The translations under genes and the position numbers were made by a program. A stretch of 44,337 nt of DNA. Origin: Rhizaria sp. SCN 62-66. Its lineage: Eukaryota. Positions 42,609-44,337 of the stretch are shown one piece after another; the first letter of the stretch is position 1; each line of letters opens with the position of its first letter. Below the pieces are notes generated by a model. That model ran no database searches and had not been told where the DNA came from. It saw only the letters and a program-made list of their open reading frames with translations. The stretch lies in NCBI GenBank assembly GCA_001724265.1, contig MEDY01000443.1:1-44337 (forward strand), given 5' to 3'.

Positions 42609-43346
42609 ATGGCTGAGGTTACTGCTCCTGCTCCCCGCGCCGTCCCCAGCGGCCACCGTGTCTTCATCGGCAACCTCAACTACTCGACCTCTTGGGAGGC
42701 TCTCAAGGACATCTGCGCCAAGGAGGTCTCCGACGTGTCGTTCGTCCGCATCCCCCTGCGCAACGGCCGCTCCTCCGGCACCGCCATCGTCGAGTTCCCC
42801 ACCGTCGAGCTCGCCGAGCTCGCCATCCGCACCCTGAACGACATCGAGATCGACGGCCGCCGCATCTTCGTCAAGCACGACGAGCCCCCGGCCGTGCGCA
42901 TGGCCGCCCGCGCCGCCGGCGCCCCCGGAGGCCCCTCCGGCGGCTTCGTCCGCCCCGCGCGCCCCGCCCGCACCGAGAACGCGCCCCGCCCCGCGTCCTT
43001 CAACGAGTCCGGCCGCAAGAAGGTCTCTGGTGAGGACAACACCTCGATCTTCCTCTCCGGCCTGCCCTTCTCCGCCTCGTGGCAGGACCTCAAGGACCTC
43101 TGCCGTCCCTACGGCGACGTCGAGTACGCCGACATCTACCTCAACCACGAGCGTCGCTCCCGCGGCGTCGGCGTCGTCCGCTTCGCCGAGCAGGCCTCCG
43201 TCGCGGCCGCTGTGACCGCCCTCAACGACACCGACTTCCGCGGCCGCGTCATCCACGTCCGCAAGTACGAGCCCCGCGCGCCCGTCGCCGCCGCCGCCGA
43301 GACCGCCGAGCCGGCTGCCGCCGAGCCCGCCGCCGAGGACGCGTAA
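42609..43346 (+). CDS. Two-RRM RNA-binding protein of the GBP2/HRB1/hnRNP M type (245 aa)
   Basis: RRM1 RVFIGNLNYSTSWEALKD and RRM2 IFLSGLPFSASWQDLKDL...RSRGVGVVRF; the SWQDLKD helix motif is characteristic of this group. Strong codon bias suggests high expression. Confidence 0.85.
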   Translation: MAEVTAPAPRAVPSGHRVFIGNLNYSTSWEALKDICAKEVSDVSFVRIPLRNGRSSGTAIVEFPTVELAELAIRTLNDIEIDGRRIFVKHDEPPAVRMAARAAGAPGGPSGGFVRPARPARTENAPRPASFNESGRKKVSGEDNTSIFLSGLPFSASWQDLKDLCRPYGDVEYADIYLNHERRSRGVGVVRFAEQASVAAAVTALNDTDFRGRVIHVRKYEPRAPVAAAAETAEPAAAEPAAEDA

Positions 43347-44337
43347 GCGCGCCCTCGTACGGGACTAATCTGCAAATATTATTCTGTACACATGTGCGTG
43401 CGTGTGTTCTCCAAGCGGAACGCTCACACGCCCGCACTTGCTGCCACGCGGATACAGCTCGCATGCGCACGCTCTGACTGCGTGCGCCACGGCCTGCCTC
43501 GCGCGGGACTGACTCGACCGACCGACTGGCGGCGACCGGCGGCGACGCCTACGGGCACGGTCGCTATCTGAGGGGGGATTGATAGGAGGTATTTGTTTAT
43601 GGATCTGTCCAGCTACACATCTTTGTGGCACGCACACACTATGAAGCTTAAACTACCCGGATGCACGCTTTGTTAACTCGTCGCACAGTAGATGAACAAC
43701 GTCTCTCTGCGGCGTATCGTAAGACTTGTGCACAGGTGTAACTCGTTTACATCTTGTGTCTGCGTTTGATCGTCAACATGTTTGTTGACTTTCTTTCAAT
43801 TGCTTAGGTGTGCGTGCGTGTGCGCGGGTGTGAAGAAGAGGGACGAGCCATATGTAGTAACTGCTACGCCACGACCACTGACCGTGGGGGCATGAGTGAA
43901 TATGAGGACATCGGGTAATATTTAGTTGTTGTTTCATGGATAAGTGGGGATAGAATCAATGCATTAGGATGTAATAAAACTGTTTAAGACGTTGATTGAT
44001 AACAATAACCGTGCGACTCGTGATATTTTGAGAACCCCAACGGAAGGGACGGGGCAGGTAACTACAATGTGAGATTGCTAACCATTTGCGCACAAACACG
44101 ACGGCGATTTTGTGTGATAATAGTGTTTATGGATTGAATATGATGTATAATGGAGATATCGAAAATTATTATGACAACGAGGTTAAATGTAGTGAGCATT
44201 CAGTTTGTTAGAACGAAGTGGTGGCAGTGGACAGCTTGTTGTGGACTAACTGACCTTCTTTAAATGTGCATTTACACAATTCTACGACTTGCTCTTCATG
44301 CAGAAACCTCGGACTTGCCCACAGGGGTTAAGTTTGT

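Noticed and set aside
1-44337. tRNA (including a CUA-anticodon tRNA), rRNA, CRISPR array or transposon
   Set aside because: None recognised by eye. The repeats present are coding trinucleotide or low-complexity tracts.

Overview
Gene-dense eukaryotic nuclear DNA, probably from a protist (the lineage cannot be identified from this window). Exons are very GC-rich and full of Ala-rich low-complexity sequence; spliceosomal introns and spacers are mostly AT-rich, with a GTACG donor consensus. About 14 protein genes: RPL15 (partial), a NOP6-like RRM protein, UGGT (5 exons), LTV1, phenylalanine hydroxylase, SAS10/UTP3, a low-complexity protein with a degenerate DEDDh exonuclease domain (split into two ORFs at a TGATG overlap), an orphan gene, a stand-alone CAD-type aspartate transcarbamylase, a U2SURP/SR140-like protein, RPB5, VPS36, the PKA regulatory subunit and a GBP2/HRB1-like RRM protein. 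Main observation: two genes have an in-frame TAG in apparently coding sequence (29850-29852 inside the conserved ATCase N-terminus; 35870-35872 in the U2SURP-like gene), and none of the 13 complete genes ends in TAG (7 TAA, 6 TGA). This suggests a variant nuclear genetic code in which UAG alone is a sense codon while UAA and UGA remain stops. All family assignments come from recognising motifs by eye, not from database searches.
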